This document shows positions 63,941 to 64,000 of a stretch of DNA of 64,000 nt, piece by piece (position 1 is the first letter of the stretch; each line of letters opens with the position of its first letter). This stretch comes from a virus (Duplodnaviria; Caudoviricetes): positions 23,925 through 87,924 of the IMG/VR virus record IMGVR_UViG_3300037067_008333; one strand, 5' to 3'. The position numbers and the translations under genes were made by a program. Under the pieces are notes generated by a model. The model saw nothing but the letters and a program-made list of their open reading frames with translations, was not told the origin of the DNA and ran no database searches.

Positions 63941-64000
63941 GTTTATAACGTTGTCGTCTTATTGGTCTACCATTACCTTTATTTTTATTACCATAACTAT

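Overview
A 64-kb piece of a large, AT-rich tailed dsDNA bacteriophage genome using the standard genetic code. The host is probably a bacterium that grows anaerobically; this is inferred from bacterial-type tRNA identity elements, sigma70 promoters, GGAGG RBSs, a class II RNR and three radical SAM genes. Bases 1-14.6 kb (+ strand) hold the end of a virion/tail module: an Asp-box beta-propeller, a tail-fibre-like protein and large unknown structural proteins. This block ends at a bidirectional hairpin terminator. Everything from 14.7 kb to 64 kb is on the - strand. It contains a Cas4-like nuclease, a DnaG-DnaB primase-helicase and a phage sigma factor. A 20-kb glycan-biosynthesis island (20.8-41.2 kb) follows, with about 9 glycosyltransferase-like genes, 3 methyltransferase genes, 3 radical SAM enzymes, a split transketolase, an epimerase and a nucleotidyltransferase/HAD/GDPD trio, but no recognisable flippase, ABC exporter or ligase. 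Next come a SNF2 helicase, class II RNR, RuvC-like resolvase, Tmk, RmlB/A/C, MazG-like protein and family B DNA polymerase, then a tRNA array (58.7-64 kb, probably continuing past the window) interrupted by an HNH gene and small ORFs. Three inteins were read directly from the sequence, in the GT4 glycosyltransferase, the RNR and the PolB exonuclease domain. The best candidates for new biology are (1) an export-less, phage-encoded pathway for a branched/methylated glycan on the virion or DNA, with an intein in its GT4, and (2) atypical tRNA-like RNAs: a D-arm-less Arg(UCU)-like RNA with a D-loop-like motif moved 3' of the anticodon arm, a long-variable-arm tRNA(UAU), an acceptor-T minihelix, and ORFs whose stop codons lie inside tRNAs. 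All protein calls come from motif recognition by eye; no searches were run.
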